DNA of 64,000 nt from the NCBI GenBank assembly GCA_964106915.2, contig OZ066914.1; one strand, given 5' to 3'. Under the pieces are notes generated by a model. The model saw only the letters and a program-made list of their open reading frames with translations. It was not told the origin of the DNA and made no database searches. The translations under genes and the position numbers were made by a program. Below, piece by piece: positions 36,701 through 51,900 of the stretch. How positions within the stretch are numbered: the first letter of the stretch is position 1; each line of letters begins with the position of its first letter. Source of the stretch: Podarcis gaigeae. Lineage: Eukaryota.

Positions 36701-39700
36701 GAGTAAGTACAGCTGACATCACGGGACTTCATTTCAAGTAACTGTGAATAAGATCAGGCTGCATATTGCAACTGAAGCCTCCAAGTAAAGATATGATGTA
36801 GGAGAAAATTAGAGGCATTAAACAAATTAAATTTCTGTATGATTTGGTAAGCTCCACTAACATTTGTATATCCTCTTTTTTTAGGTCCTCCTGATGCACC
36901 TGATAAACCTCTAGTAGAGGATCCAACCAGCAGTAGTCTGTTGGTTAAGTGGAATGAGCCTAAAGACAATGGTAGCCCCATTTTGGGATACTGGATTGAA
37001 AAGCGTGAAATCAATGGAACCCACTGGGCCCGTGTGAACAAAGAGCGTGTGAATGCCCTGGAAACTAGAGTTGAAGGACTTTTAGAAGGTCTAACTTACG
37101 TTTTTAGAGTTTGTGCTGAAAATGCAGCTGGCCTTGGCAAATTCAGTCCCCCTTCAGATCCTAAAACTGCACAAGACCCAATATGTAAGTTGTTAGATAG
37201 ATAATATTATCCCTTAGTTTGAAAAGGGAAGTTTTCAGTCTATTCATCTCTCTTTATATATATATATATATATATTTCTTTTAGTGCCTCCTGGCCCACC
37301 AGTTCCAAGAATTGTTGATACAAGCTCAACATCTATTGACGTTGAATGGGACGCTCCGCTATACAATGGGGGTAGTGAAATCACTGGCTACCATGTTTAC
37401 AAGAATTTTGTTGGCTCAAATGAATGGTCTCGCTGCACAGAAAGACCTATTAAGGTTCGGAGCTATATAGTTAAAGGTATTAGAGAAGGTGCAGATTACA
37501 AACTTCGTATTACCGCTCTTAATGTTGCTGGGGAAGGACCTCCTGGAGAAACAGAGCCTGTAACAGTTGCAGAGCCTCAAGGTACTGTGATTATGTAATT
37601 TAAAATGAAATATAATGTGAAATAGTTTGTAGGATTGCAAATTAATTAATTCTCTCTCTCTCTCTCCTTATACAGAGCCTCCCACTGTTGAATTTGATAT
37701 TTCTGTCAGGGCAGGAGTTCAGATATTGGCAGGTCAAGCACTTAAACTCCCTGCTATTGTTACTGGACGACCTACCCCTACAATTGTATGGACTTTAGAG
37801 GATGCAGATGTTGACAAAGAGCGAGTTGTGATTGAAAATGTTGGCACTTCATCTGAGCTGTTTATCAAAAATGCACTCAGAAAAGACCACGGAAGATACG
37901 TGATTACTGCCACCAATGAAAGTGGTTCTAAATTTGCTGCAACCAGAGCTGAAATATTTGGTAAGATATGCTACATAGAGTGAAACGATGAATATATTAA
38001 GTATTTGGCGTTCTTGAATTACATCTCATGTCTTCTTTTCCAGATGTTCCTGGACCAGTTACTGACTTGCATCCTGTGGTGGTAAATAGAAAGATGTGTC
38101 TACTTAACTGGGATGATCCCAAAGATGATGGAGGAAGTGAGATCATAGGTTTCCTTGTAGAGAGGAAAGATGCCAAAATGCATACATGGAGACTAGCCGT
38201 AGATACAGACAGATCTAAGTGTGATATAACAGGCCTTGTTGAAGGACAAGAATATAAGTTCCGTGTATTCGCCAAGAACAAGTTTGGCTGTGGACCACCT
38301 GTTGAACTGGGACCTCTCCTTGCTGTTGACCCCAAAGGTAAAACTTCTTGTATTGATAAAAACCATCAGAACACTTTGGAACAGAGGATCCCCCTCCCGT
38401 AATTACAACTTTTTTAACACCATTCAAAATATATATTTATATCCTTTATAATCACAACACTCCTTTGTGTGTGTGTGCACAAGCGCGCGCACGTGCGCAT
38501 TCTTGCAGTTGAACCCAGAACATGTCAGTTTCTTGAAAGAGAACTTTTCTAGAGTTAGGAAACTGAAAACCTAGTGCTTCCCATGTTCGTTTCTGTGTGG
38601 AAATACTTTTTTTTAAAAAAAAAAGAAAACAATCCTACAAGGGCAAAATGTTGCATGCAAAGATGCTCTGATGTAAAACTTTTCTGTAGCTGCTCTACAA
38701 AATCCAATTTCTCCACACACCTCTTTCCCACTTCCAGCAATTCACCGGAGTCGCACCAATGCATTTTGGAGTTAGTATAACATTGTCCCATTTAATTTAG
38801 TATTTAATGACAGTTTTAAACTGAGGATGGAGAGGTGGGTTTCAGTATACATCTGCAGAGCTTCCCTCCTCTTTAAATAACATGTTGCATGTCCCTAGCC
38901 TTGGAGGCAGGGGAATATAAACCAAAATAAATAAAATGATGTATTTTTACCTTGAAACTGCTGCGCAGTAAACATGACATGAAAAAACAAGGGTTTATTT
39001 TTCAAATTTAACTTATCATTTTTCATTCTTGCCACAACAGGTCCTCCAACTGCTCCTGAGAGGTTCATGTACACAGAAAGAACAAAAAATTCTGTTACAC
39101 TTGACTGGAAGCCTCCCCGTAATGATGGTGGCAGCCCCATCATCGGCTACATTGTTGACAAAAGAAGACATGACTCAAATGAATTCGAAAGAGTCAATAA
39201 GAGACTCTGTCCAACTACATCCCTTCTTGTGGACAATCTTGCTGAGCTGCATATGTATGAGTTCCGAGTCAAGGCTGTCAACGAGATTGGAGAAAGTGAA
39301 CCATCACTGCCCCTTAATGTAGTCGTACAGGATGATGAAGGTGAGGCTCTTTAATATAAATGTGTACACTTCACCTATAGATGTGAACATTTGGTGTCTG
39401 CTAGAGGCCTCACTATATTTTTGAGAATTACATGGTTAATCGCTTCTGCATTAATTTTCTTTTTTCAGAACCTCCCACAGTGACGTTGCGTCTATCTGTT
39501 AGAGGAGATACTATCAAGGTTATGGCAGGGCAACCAGTCAACATTCCAGCAGACGTGACAGGTCTTCCAATGCCAAAGATTGAATGGTCTAAAGATGACG
39601 TTGTGATTGATAAAACATCAGATGCCCTTAAGATCACCAAAAAGGAAACAAGTAGAACAGAGGCGAAAACTGAACTCAGCATGCCTGCAGCAGTTAGGAA

Positions 39701-42700
39701 TGATAAAGGCACTTACACAGTTTCAGCTTCTAATCGTCTTGGCACCGCATACCGCAATGTTCACGTTGAAGTATTTGGTATGTATCTAGCTTCTTGCTTA
39801 AACGGCCAAAGTTTTCTTACTTTATTTCTACCATAACACAATACTAAATTGGTTTTATTTAGATCGTCCTTCTCCACCGAGAAATCTCACCGTATCGGAT
39901 ATTAAAGCTGAATCTTGCTGTTTGACTTGGGATGCCCCACTCGATAATGGTGGCAGTGAGATTACGCACTACATTATTGAGAAGCGTGATGCGAGCAAAA
40001 AGAAATCTGACTGGGAGGAAGTATCCAGCACTGTTGTGGATAGACGATTTGGGGTAATGCTTCAATCTTGATTTCATAGGTGAAAGGAATAGTCTTTAAA
40101 TGAAAAATGACCATTTATAAAATTGTTGAGCTGAATGTTAACACTGTTCACCTTCTGGATTTCCTATTTTTACGTCTGCCTTCCATTTAATGCCAAAATA
40201 GGTATTTCTATACTCTTATTGAATGGTACTTCGCTCCCTTCAGAGTCGGGTTAGTAGCAGTTGGTGCAGATATGCCAATGATGTATAGAGTTGTTAAGCA
40301 TCAGAGCAACAAGCAGGTGGTTTTTTTCAAGAACTGTTTTAAGATGTCCACATGATGGCATCTAACTGCATGGAAAATATCCAAAATACACTAAAACCAG
40401 TTCTGAGAATTGGTTTTACACATATCATAGGATCAAACAGTTGGATGGGTCCTTTTTGAGTTTGAGGGGTCTGCCTAGTCAAAACCCTTGCTCAGTGCAG
40501 GAAAATGAGAACCTGGGCACTCCCCACAGATGGCTGTTAAATTCTGCCTAAGACCTCCAGTGAAGAAGAACCCAATGTTCATTGACTCCATTGTCAAACT
40601 TTTAAGAGGTTTCTCCTAATGTTCAACTGAAAAGTGCCCTCCTTTAGCTTATGAGCTCTAGATGTTTATGCCCTCTGTATGACATCTCCTCAGGTATTTG
40701 TAATATGTTGACATGCCCCCCTTCAGACATCTCCCCACCAAGTTAAACAAACCCAATTACTTCATCCTTTCTTTTTAAGTCTTGTTTTCCATACCACTGA
40801 CTACCTTTGTTGCCCTCCTTTGTGAGGTGACCTTTGGCTATTCTTTGTTTAAAGTCCTGGAAACAACACAGGGAATTGATATGAAACTGATTTTTAAAAA
40901 TAATAATGTATCATGTTTCTTTTACTTTTCAGGTCTATAAACTGGCAACAAATGGACAATATCAATTTAGAGTGAGGGCCGTTAACAGGTTTGGGACAAG
41001 TGACGAATGCCTTTCCGAAAAGGTAGTTATTAAGGATCCTTATGGTCTTCCTGGACCCCCTGGAAAACCAAAGGTTACAGAACACACCAGGTCATCAATG
41101 CTGGTAACATGGACACCTCCACTAGACAATGGTGGAGCTCCAATTACTGGCTATTGGCTGGAAAAGAAAGAAGAAGGAGGTGTCTACTGGTCGCGTGTCA
41201 ACAGAGCTCCAGTGACAAAACCAGCAGTGAAGGGACTGGAATACAATGTACTGCGTTTGATTGAAGGTGTGAAATACCAGTTCCGAGCTATGGCTGTGAA
41301 TATTGCTGGAATTGGCCCTCCCAGTGAGCCATCAGATCTTTATGAAGCTGCAGATCCAATCTGTAAGTATAAAGACAAGGAAGCAATAAGTAACACAAAA
41401 TGCCAACTTTGTAATTTTTGTTCAATTTGTCCTGAACCTGATTTGACAGAGGTTCTGTGATTTCAGTGCAAGAGCTCTGCATTTGAAGTCAGATATTTAA
41501 TGAGTTAGGCTTCATTTTATAAGTGCCTATTATCATGATAAATAGCAAATGTTCCTACTTTTGTGCAATGGAATACTGTATAGTTGATAGACTTTCCATT
41601 CACTTCATTGAAGGAGTGTTGTGCAATGGAACAAGGGAGGCATAGTCCTCATGGCAGTACATTTTGCATTTGCTCAATAGATCCTCCTGGAGCACCTTCA
41701 TGCCCAGATGTCAAAGACAGAACCAACTCAACTATATCTCTTGCATGGAAACCTCCACAAAAAGATGGTGGCAGTCCTATTAAAGGATATATCGTCGAAA
41801 TGCAAGAAGAAGGTAGTTTAGATTGGAAGAGTGTGAACGAACCGGACAAGCTGTTCCCTACCTGCGATTGTGTTGTACCCAATCTGAAAGAGCTCAGAAA
41901 GTACAGATTCAGAGTAAAGGCTGTAAATGCTGCAGGGGAATCTGAGCCAAGCCTTTGCACTGCAGAAATACCATGCAAGGAAGTTCAAGGTAAGGATTGT
42001 TGGAAATAATTCTTTCCACTCAAACATGAGACATAGAAAAATCAAAGGATTTGAAAAGTGAAATGCAGGAATGGCTGTCCAGCACATTAGAGTTTTCAAG
42101 AGTAAAGCAAACTTACTGGGGGGTGCTATGGGTACAAGGGAAATCCCAACATCAATCTGATAGCAATAGAAGCTGGAGCTAGATTATTCTGCATACATTT
42201 GAGAAATAACTCTTCTCAAAGTGTCCCTGCCATATGAGTTAAGGCAGATAGTGATCAAAGAGAGATTCTTCTCAGTGGTGGCACCATTTCCGAGAATTCT
42301 GTCCTTGGGAAGCCCACCTGACACCAACATTGTTATGGATTTTGGGCCAGCAAAGGTTTTGTTTTTGTTTTTGTTTTTTTACTAGGCTGTTTCATGCATT
42401 GTTCTAATTTATTATATTTTTGTTTTATGTGTTATCATGTTTTTCTAAAGCTTTGCTAAATGGCAGTATATATTTCAAATAAGTATATATCTTGATATAT
42501 TGGTTTATCATCAAGAAAATAATACTTAACTGAGGCTGCAAGCCTACCCATTTACCCGGAAGAAAGACCCATCAATGTCTGCAGGACTTACTACTGAGTA
42601 TACTGTACATGCATAAGTTTACCCTATTAGAGAACTTATGTGACAGGTAGATGAATTTTGACAATATTATTTATATGATATATTACTTGTATTTTGCAGA

Positions 42701-42894
42701 GGAGCCAGAAATATTTATTGATGTTGGAGCACAAGACCTACTCTCTTGCCGTACCGGTACAACAATCAGAATTCCAGCAGTTATTAAGGGCCGTCCTGTT
42801 CCCAAAGTAACTTGGGAATTTGAAGGAGATGCAAAGAAAGCTGTAAAGGTCAGTGGCAAAACAAAGTAAACTGTTAAAAACTTCAAGCTAAAGT

Positions 42895-42929
<35 letters not shown>

Positions 42930-45900
42930 TTACTATTTCTTCTTTATTTAAAGGATGGACATAACATACCTGAAGATGCTACGGTAAAAAATAGCTTATA
43001 TTTGAATTCGCTTATTTTGCTTCTAATATTTGCATTTTTCAAGTCCTTTTTTAATTATTATTGCTAAGTAAGTTTGTTTTGGTTTGTGCAGGTGGAATCA
43101 ACTGATACCACATCAGTGATTAATATCCCTACATGTAACAGAGGTCATTCTGGAAAATACAGTATTACAGCAAAGAATAAAGCAGGACAGAAAACTGTAA
43201 ATGTCAGGGTGAATGTCCTAGGTAAGACTAATCAATCTTAATATTGCACCATTTCACTAATTTTGTGATACAAAAGTTCATATACTGTAAAACCCCATAT
43301 AATGATTTTTCCAATCTGTTTTCATGATGAAATAGATGTTCCAGGGCCACCAAAAGACCTGAAAGTAAGTGACATAACAAGATGCAGCTGTAAACTTTCA
43401 TGGAAAATGCCGGACAATGATGGTGGAGACAGAATCAGAAACTATATTATTGAGAAAAGAACTGTTGAAGGGAAAGCCTGGACAAAAGTTAATCCCAACT
43501 GTGCTGGCACATCATTGGTTATTCCTGATCTCATAGCTGGGCAACAATACTTCTTCAGAGTACGTGCAGAAAACCGCTTTGGTGTTGGACCCCCAGCAGA
43601 TACAATTCAAAGGACCACAGCGAGGGATCCAATCCGTAAGTTAAATCAAAATGGGACATTCATTAATGCATTCATTCAGCCTTTATTGGCAAAATTTAGA
43701 CAAGAAAATCATAAAAGAGTAAGAAAACCTTCCATAAAACATTGGCAATCCGGACATATTAAACACATAAAACATATGAAAGACTCGGTAGCCACCGTTA
43801 AGAAAATTAAATAGTTTTAAATTTGACTTTTAAAATCTCAGCTAAATATCCTGAAACAATCTCAGTAGTTTGGGGAGTATCATCCCTCAGCAGATATTGG
43901 ATTGCAGGTTCTTTGAAAATAAATACGTAAATACTTTAAGGGTGTGGCAAAGTGGGACATTTGTTTTTACTAATGATACTTTATTGTAGGGCAGGACTTA
44001 CATTTTACTTTGCTCCTTTTTAAAAAAAAACAACACACAGATCCTCCTGACCCACCTATCAAGCTCAAGATTGGTCTTATAACAAAGAACACAGTAAACT
44101 TGACATGGAAACCTCCAAAGAATGACGGCGGTGCTCCCGTAACACATTATAATGTGGAGTGCCTTCGCTGGGACCGTACCGGTGAAGGGAAGGAAGCCTG
44201 GCGACAGTGCAATAGACGGGATGTGGAAGAAACAAAGTTTACTGTTGAAGACCTTAAAGAAGGCGACGAATATGAATTCAGAGTGAAAGCAGTGAATGAA
44301 GCAGGTCCAAGCAGACCGTCAGCTACTGTTGGGCCAGTCGTCGTCAAAGATCAGACATGTAAGTGCTGCAAAGCATTAGTAGTTATTGCACTTCAAATAT
44401 CCGCTCACCTGGGGCTCCGGGGGAGCAGTGTTTTTGTTACACAGCGCAGCCGTGGGCCAGTCCCAGGAGATCTGCTATCTTCCCACACAGCCAGGCAAAG
44501 GGATGGTCACATGGCAATGCCCTCCTCATATTGGGCTGAATCCTACATTGAACAGGTACCCCGCTAAAGGAGTCCAGGAGGGGTGACTCTGTCTGAGAGC
44601 CCACATGATAGGCCAATATGCCTCTTGCTATAATGCCCTGTCATGGCACCCAGTCCATGTTGGGGGCAACTCCCCAGCACAGGGTCATCCCCCATTGGGT
44701 CTCTTATCAGCCAGCACGTAGGTTGACTGATGATGGATACATGCCCATTGCCTTAGCCAAACCTACTCATATCTGTATTGAAGGAAGTTGTGGCCTAATT
44801 CAACCCAATATCAATCTCTTGTGTTCATTTCCACGGTCTACCCCGCACAGAGCTGCAAACATCATGTGCCTGCAATGCAAAGCATTTTGACTTCTGCATT
44901 CATAGTGGCTCAATAATTTTTGCTTGCTTTTGTTTGTAGGCCCTCCGTCTATTGAACTCAAAGAATTTATGGAGGCAGAAGAAGGGACAGATATCAAGAT
45001 TGTAGCCAAAATAAAGGGCGTCCCCTTCCCGACATTGACTTGGGTCAAAGCTCATCCAAAGAAACCTGATGACAAATTGCCAGTGCTATATGACCAACAT
45101 GTCAACAAGATTGTGGATGAAAATTCCTGTACTTTGCTGATACAGCAATCTCGCAGAAAAGACACGGGCTTGTACACTATAACTGCTGTCAATAACTTTG
45201 GAACAGATTCAAAGGAGATGAGGCTGAATGTGCTAGGTAAATATCAATGTATTTTGGCATTGGCAACCTAATTTACTGTTTGTTATATAATGTTCAAAAC
45301 ATGTCTCTCCTGTTATCAGTCCCTGCAGCCACAGCAGGCGCCATAACTCTCCAATAGTTTGGCTTCATCCCTGAAGGCAAACTCTTCCATTTCCTCCCGA
45401 GATAGCTGGATGCCAACCACAACAATATAACACTCAACTTTGACAACAATTAATGCTTTATAAAATGTATTTTTCAGGTCGCCCTGGACCACCAGAAGGA
45501 CCCATTAAATTTGAATCTATTTCCGCCGATCAGATGACAATTTCTTGGCTTCCTCCTAAAGATGATGGTGGATCTAAGATAACTAACTATGTTATTGAAA
45601 AAAGGGAAGCAAACAGAAGGACCTGGGTCCATGTTACCAATGAACCTAAAGAATGCATCTTCACAGTACCCAAACTACTAGAAGGGCATGAATACATCTT
45701 CCGCATCATGGCACAGAATAAATATGGCGTTGGGGAACCTCTTGATAGTGAACCTGAAACTGCCAGAAATCTATTCAGTAAGCATACAGTTATCTAAAAT
45801 ATCACCTGCACTTATATTTATTGGCAAAGCAGAACATAAGTAATCTGATTAGATAGTATGAGAGCCCCAAGTTAAAATTGTTATTTTTTAAATCTTCTGT

Positions 45901-48900
45901 ATGGCTAAAATGTCTATAATAGTTTTTAAAGGCTTTTCAGAAATAGATCTTTTATGGCTATTTTTTCTGTTTCATCTTACAACTATACCTGTTTTAAATG
46001 TTAAATATTGAATCTGTACTTATAACATTTTAGATTGTATTTAGCACAGTATACGTATCTTTGCCTTTCTTCACCATAAAATAATAAAACGTACAATTAC
46101 CAGTGCGATCTTGTGCTCTGCTGGACACAATGAAGCACAGTGCTGTGGCAAAGGAACCCTTCATCAGCTCCGCTATTCCAAGAAATACAAAATGCTGGCA
46201 TTTGGTGCAGAGCTACTGTAAAAAGGGCTTTTCAGGGTGAAGATGCTCAGCCATGGCTCTAGCACAGGATTCTAGGACTTGACAGTTACGTATAACAAAG
46301 AAAAAGGAGGACTTTGTATAGCCCTGCCCTACTTACTTCACAAAGGTTGTCTCTGTAGGGGCTAATGAAAGACTGGGAAAGGAAACTTCAGATGAAGGCT
46401 ATAGCATAAATACCATATATAAGGGGTCTATGTGGCCCCCGGAGCTTTGCTTTACTCTTGGTGTACTTTATTCCCTAGCTGTTCCTGGAATTTGTGACAA
46501 ACCAACAGTCAGCAGTGTCACACATGACTCAATGACCGTCAACTGGGAGGAGCCAGAATATGATGGAGGCTCCCCTGTGACGGGTTATTGGCTGGAGCGT
46601 AAAGAGACCACTGGAAAGAGATGGACACGGGTTAACCGTGATCCTATTAAACCTATGACATTGGGAGTTTCTTACAAAGTACCTGGCCTTATTGAAGGTT
46701 CAGATTACCAGTTCCGTGTCTATGCTATTAATGCCGCTGGTGTTGGACCGCCAAGCATGCCATCTGATCCAATAACTGCAAGAGACCCAATCTGTAAGTA
46801 ATCAAGTTCTATTTATTTATTTATTTGGTGTGAAAGGGGGAAATATACTAAAAGATGGTATAGATGGTATATGTTTGAGAAATAATAAATACACAGTCTT
46901 GTGACAGAATGATGCAATAATTTTTTCCCCAGCTCCACCTGGTCCTCCATTTCCAAAAGTTACTGATTGGACAAAATCTTCCGTTGACCTTGAATGGACT
47001 CCTCCATTAAAAGATGGTGGTTCTAAAGTCACTGGTTACCTTGTTGAATTTAAAGAAGAAGGGAAAGAAGAATGGGAAAAGGTAGGTGAAATTCTGCCAT
47101 TGAAAATTTATTTGAAACATTATGTCGATTCCATAATTGAACATACTGAGGAACATACTGACTCACTGAAAGGGCTACCACCTCATCTGTGTGGCCTAGA
47201 AGCAGCAAAAACCCATTGTTCCCCTTCCTCGTAGGTGGCTTTTAATGGTATCATGAGTGAAAGATAAGGGAGGGAGGGAGGTAAGTGATGTGGTGTGGGG
47301 AGAGGCATGAAGTAAGGAGGTTCAGGAGGAAGGAATGAAAGGACTCAGGTACACAGCTGCAAATAAAACGTTTTGTGTTGTAAAGTGCAATATACAAGTG
47401 TGACACTAGATGGTGCCAGTGAGCTATGCAAAATCCCATGTATTTTTTTGAAACTTTTTTTAGAAAAGCATTTCCACAGCGTCTTTAACATGTGTGTAGA
47501 TTCCACCAAAGACACAAAATTTCTTTTTGTTTTCAGGCAAAAGATAAAGAAATAAGAGGGACCAAGTTTGTTTTGGCAGGATTGAAAGAAGGAGGTTTCT
47601 ACAGATTTAGAGTCAGAGCAATAAATGCTGCTGGTATTGGAGAGCCTGGAGATGTCACTGAAGTCATTGAAATAAAAGACAGAATAGGTATGTCTTAGGA
47701 TAAAAACAGCCTCTCTTTGTTCTTGTGTGGGTAAAAGAATAGAAACTAAATATAAAATATATTGTTTGTTTCTACAGTTGCTCCTGATCTCATGCTTGAT
47801 GCTCATGTGAAGGACAGAATCGTTGTCCATGCTGGTGGAGTGATCCGCATTATAGCTTATGTCTCGGGAAAGCCACCTCCAACAATTACCTGGAAGAGGG
47901 ATGAGAGAGCTCTCCCAGAGGAGGCTAAAATCGAGGAAACTGCAATTAGTTCCTCTATGGTCATAAAGAACTGCAAGAGAAGCCATCAGGGCTTATACAC
48001 TCTTCTCGCTAAAAATGCCGGTGGAGAAAGAAAGAAGACTATTATTGTTGATGTGCTAGGTAAGCACTGAAAGCTGACTTGCTGATGGCTAGACTGCTGA
48101 TGAGGGCAGATGGCTGATGGATGAATGGCAGAAAGTCACACTTTTGTTGATGCATTTGCACTAGCTACCCATATGTTACTGGATCAGGATGAAAGTTCAT
48201 GTACAAAGCCCGGAACAAATTGAGTCCAAGATACCACAAGAAGTGTCTGCTCCCTTCTGTCCCATTTTGATGACTTAGATCATCTGAAGGAGGGCTGTTA
48301 GTTGTTCCCAATGTCTCAGAACCCTTAGTGTGTCATCAGTCCCATACTGCAGAAAACTCTTCCAACAGAGAATCAGTGGACATCCTCCCTGTTAACCTTC
48401 AGACGTCTCTTGGAAGATGTTCTTATGCCTATTCAGTTGTTTAATTTCCTTTATTTAGACAAGGCAGTCATTCTTGTGATTACTTTGTATTGTTTTATAA
48501 TATTTTCTTTTGTGCACTGCCTTGGTATATTATATGAGTGGGTGGGGTTATAGAAATATATAAATATGTTTTTATAAAAATGTTATTGCATCTATGTTAT
48601 TATTTGGGTTCCAATTAAAGAAATGTTAAATGTTCGTCTTAAAACCATTCTACTGTATTTCTTTCATTCACAGATGTTCCAGGTCCAGTTGGCATTCCAT
48701 TCCTTACTGAGAACCTAACCAACGACTCATGCAAACTTACGTGGTTTTCTCCTGAAGATGATGGTGGCTCAGCTATCACCAACTACGTAATTGAAAAACG
48801 TGAAGCAGACCACAGGGCTTGGACCCCAGTGACATATACGGTCACCAGGCAGAATGCAACAGTTCAGGGGCTGATTGAGGGCAAAGCATACTTCTTCCGA

Positions 48901-51900
48901 ATTGCACCTGAGAATATTATTGGCATGGGCCCATTTGTGGAGACAACAAAAGAGATTTTAATCAGAGACCCAATAAGTAAGACTTTATTGTCTTTTTTTT
49001 TTCCAGTACTGATGAGGAGAATTTGCCTTGGAAAAAGTATCTAACATGTTGCATGTGTTTATTTCTAGCTGTGCCAGAAAGGCCTGAGGATCTGGAAGTC
49101 AAAGCAGTAACGAAGAATTCTGTTACACTGACCTGGAACCCACCTAAGTACAACGGTGGCTCTGATATAACCATGTATGTTTTGGAAAGCCGCCTTATTG
49201 GGAAGGAGAAATTTACCAGAGTTACGAAAGAGAAAATGCTTGACAGAAAATACACAGTTGAAGATTTGAAAGAAGGTGACACTTACGAGTATCGTGTGAG
49301 CGCTTGCAATATTGTGGGACAAGGCAAACCATCATTTGTTACGAAACCCATCACATGCAAAGATGAAATTGGTAAGTTTCCATTCTGGAGCAAACCAACC
49401 AACCAAATGTGCATTGGGTGATCTGTGAGTTTTTATAGATATCACTGATTCTTCTTTTTTTTAACAATACTTGTAGCTCCTCCACAACTTGAACTTGATA
49501 TCCGAGAGAAGCTCACTGTCCGTGTAGGAGAAGCTTTCAGTCTGACCGGCCGTTACTCAGGCAAACCAGCACCAAAGATTACCTGGCTCAAAGATGAAAT
49601 TTCTGTGAAAGAAGACAAACGGACAAAGATCCAGACTACGCCAGCTACTCTTTGTTTGGGGATATTAAAATCTGTCCGTGAAGATTCAGGCAAATATTGT
49701 GTCATTGTAGAAAACAGTTCAGGAACAAGAAAAGGTTTCTGTCAAGTTACTGTAGTTGGTAAGTATTGCTATAGTGCTAAAATAGGTTATTTCCACATGT
49801 GGTATGAATTAGAACTGATCAAATGAGGGTGGGATAGCATATCACGTGATAACATTTAACCTAATGCACATTGTGAAGAACTTTTTTGATAACAGATAAG
49901 TTTATTTATGAAAACGTCAATCAAGAAAAATGAAGGTGATTTCCCCAGATTAGGCCCCAGTTCATGACTGTATTCTTACTCAGAACAACACCTCCATCTC
50001 ATGGGGAAATATATTCATGTTTTAATTGAAATATGTGCTGATGGGGTGTCCTAACCATGTCTTTACAAGTCCTTAGCATCCAAAATGTTGGGTGAAAGAG
50101 CAATGATTTGGTTCCAAAAGGTTCCTTATTGTAAGCAGAAGGTATTTCCGCTTTTAGAAGGTGTCTCACCCATTTATGCCAATTGACACATCCCAATGAG
50201 TCCCTTTGCCACATGCCGCACCATTATTGACGTCTCCCCACCCTCAGAAGTAGCTTGAGGAAGGCAAGGAGATGCAGCAGGAAGGAGGGAGTGGGAAAGC
50301 CCTGTTGCAGTTATGGAACTCCCCTTACACTTCTCTGAGCCCGAACCACTTAATTATATCATTAAGTTCAATCCATTTATTGTTCGAATGAGACGATTAA
50401 CCACTGTAGCCTGCAGAAACCATCAGGACAGCATCATTGTTAGACTAATAATCCAATCTTGATGCTCTAGCACAGGCTTCCTCAAACTCAGGACTCCATA
50501 TGCTTTTGGCCTACAACTCCCATGATCCCTAGCAAGCAGGACCAGTGGTCAGGGATTATGGGAATTGTAGTCTCAAAACATCTGGAGGGCCAGGTTTGAG
50601 GAAGCCTGCTCTAGCAGCAACATTATAAATGAAATATTATTCTGGCACTGCAGGATGTCTCTCTAGACCAGTGGTCCCCAAAGGTAAAGGTAAAGGACCC
50701 CTGGATGCTTAAGCCCAGTCAAAGGCGACTATGGGGTGCAGTGCTCATCTCGCTTTCAGGCCAAGGGAACTGGCATTTGTCCACAGACAGCTTTCTGGGT
50801 CATGTGGCCAGCATGACTAAATTGCTACTGGGGCAAAGAGGACCGTGACAAGTGCCAGAGCACACAGAAACATCGTTTACCTTCCTGCCACAGTGGTACC
50901 TATTTATTTACTTGCACTGGTGTGCTTTCGAACTGCTAAGTTGGCAGAAGCTGGGACAGAGCAACAGGAGCTCACCCTGTTGTGCAGATTCGAACTGCCA
51001 ACCTTCCAATTGACAGGCCCAAGAATCTCAGTGGTTTAGACCACAGTGCCACCTGTGTCCCAGTTCCCAAAATGCCCTCTCCCAAAAATACTGCTTGGAA
51101 ACTACTGGTGGTGTTCGTCAACAACTTAATGATTCTTCTCCCTGTTGTAGTGATTGTAATGTGCTGTTTTAGTTTCTGTATGAGTTTTAATTCTACTGCT
51201 TCTTTTATTTCTCACATTATATTTTATTGCAGGACAATTTGCTCTCCTTAGAATTCCAAACTTCAGTACAATGTAAGAAATGAAAAAGCAATTAAAAATC
51301 AATGTGCATATTTAATGCAGACTTCTCGTAGAGTACATTTCTACATACCACACCACTTTATCACCTTTTGTGGCTATTCTGTGTCTTAACCATTTCGCCC
51401 TATTTATTTTTCTTCACTTGCTAGGGATGTTTGATCTGTGCATTAGTGTTTGATCCATAAATATATTTCTTTTACTTTTAAACAGACCGTCCTCAACCAC
51501 CAGTGGGCCCAGTTATTTTTGATGAAGTTACTAAAGATCATTTTGTTATCTCCTGGAAACCTCCCTTGGATGATGGTGGAAGTCCAATTACAAATTACAT
51601 TATTGAGAAGAGAGATGCAAACAGAGACCTCTGGATGCCAGTCACGTCAGCCAATGTCAAGACAACGTGCAAAGTCCCTAAATTACTTGAGGGAAGAGAT
51701 TATGTTGTCCGAATCTATGCTGAAAACTTGTATGGCATGAGTGATCCTTTAATATCTGATGAAATGAAGGCCAAGGATCGTTTCAGTATGTTGTTTATTT
51801 GCCAATTCATTTTACTTAAGTCTCCGCCATATTTCTACTTCACTTATATTTTCATATTATTTTTTTGTATGAAATGGATTTAAAACTTGAAAACATTATT

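Noticed and set aside
38466-38500. Alternating purine-pyrimidine / CpG-rich patch (Z-DNA potential)
   Set aside because: Short decayed (TG)n/(CG)n microsatellite with no other supporting context.
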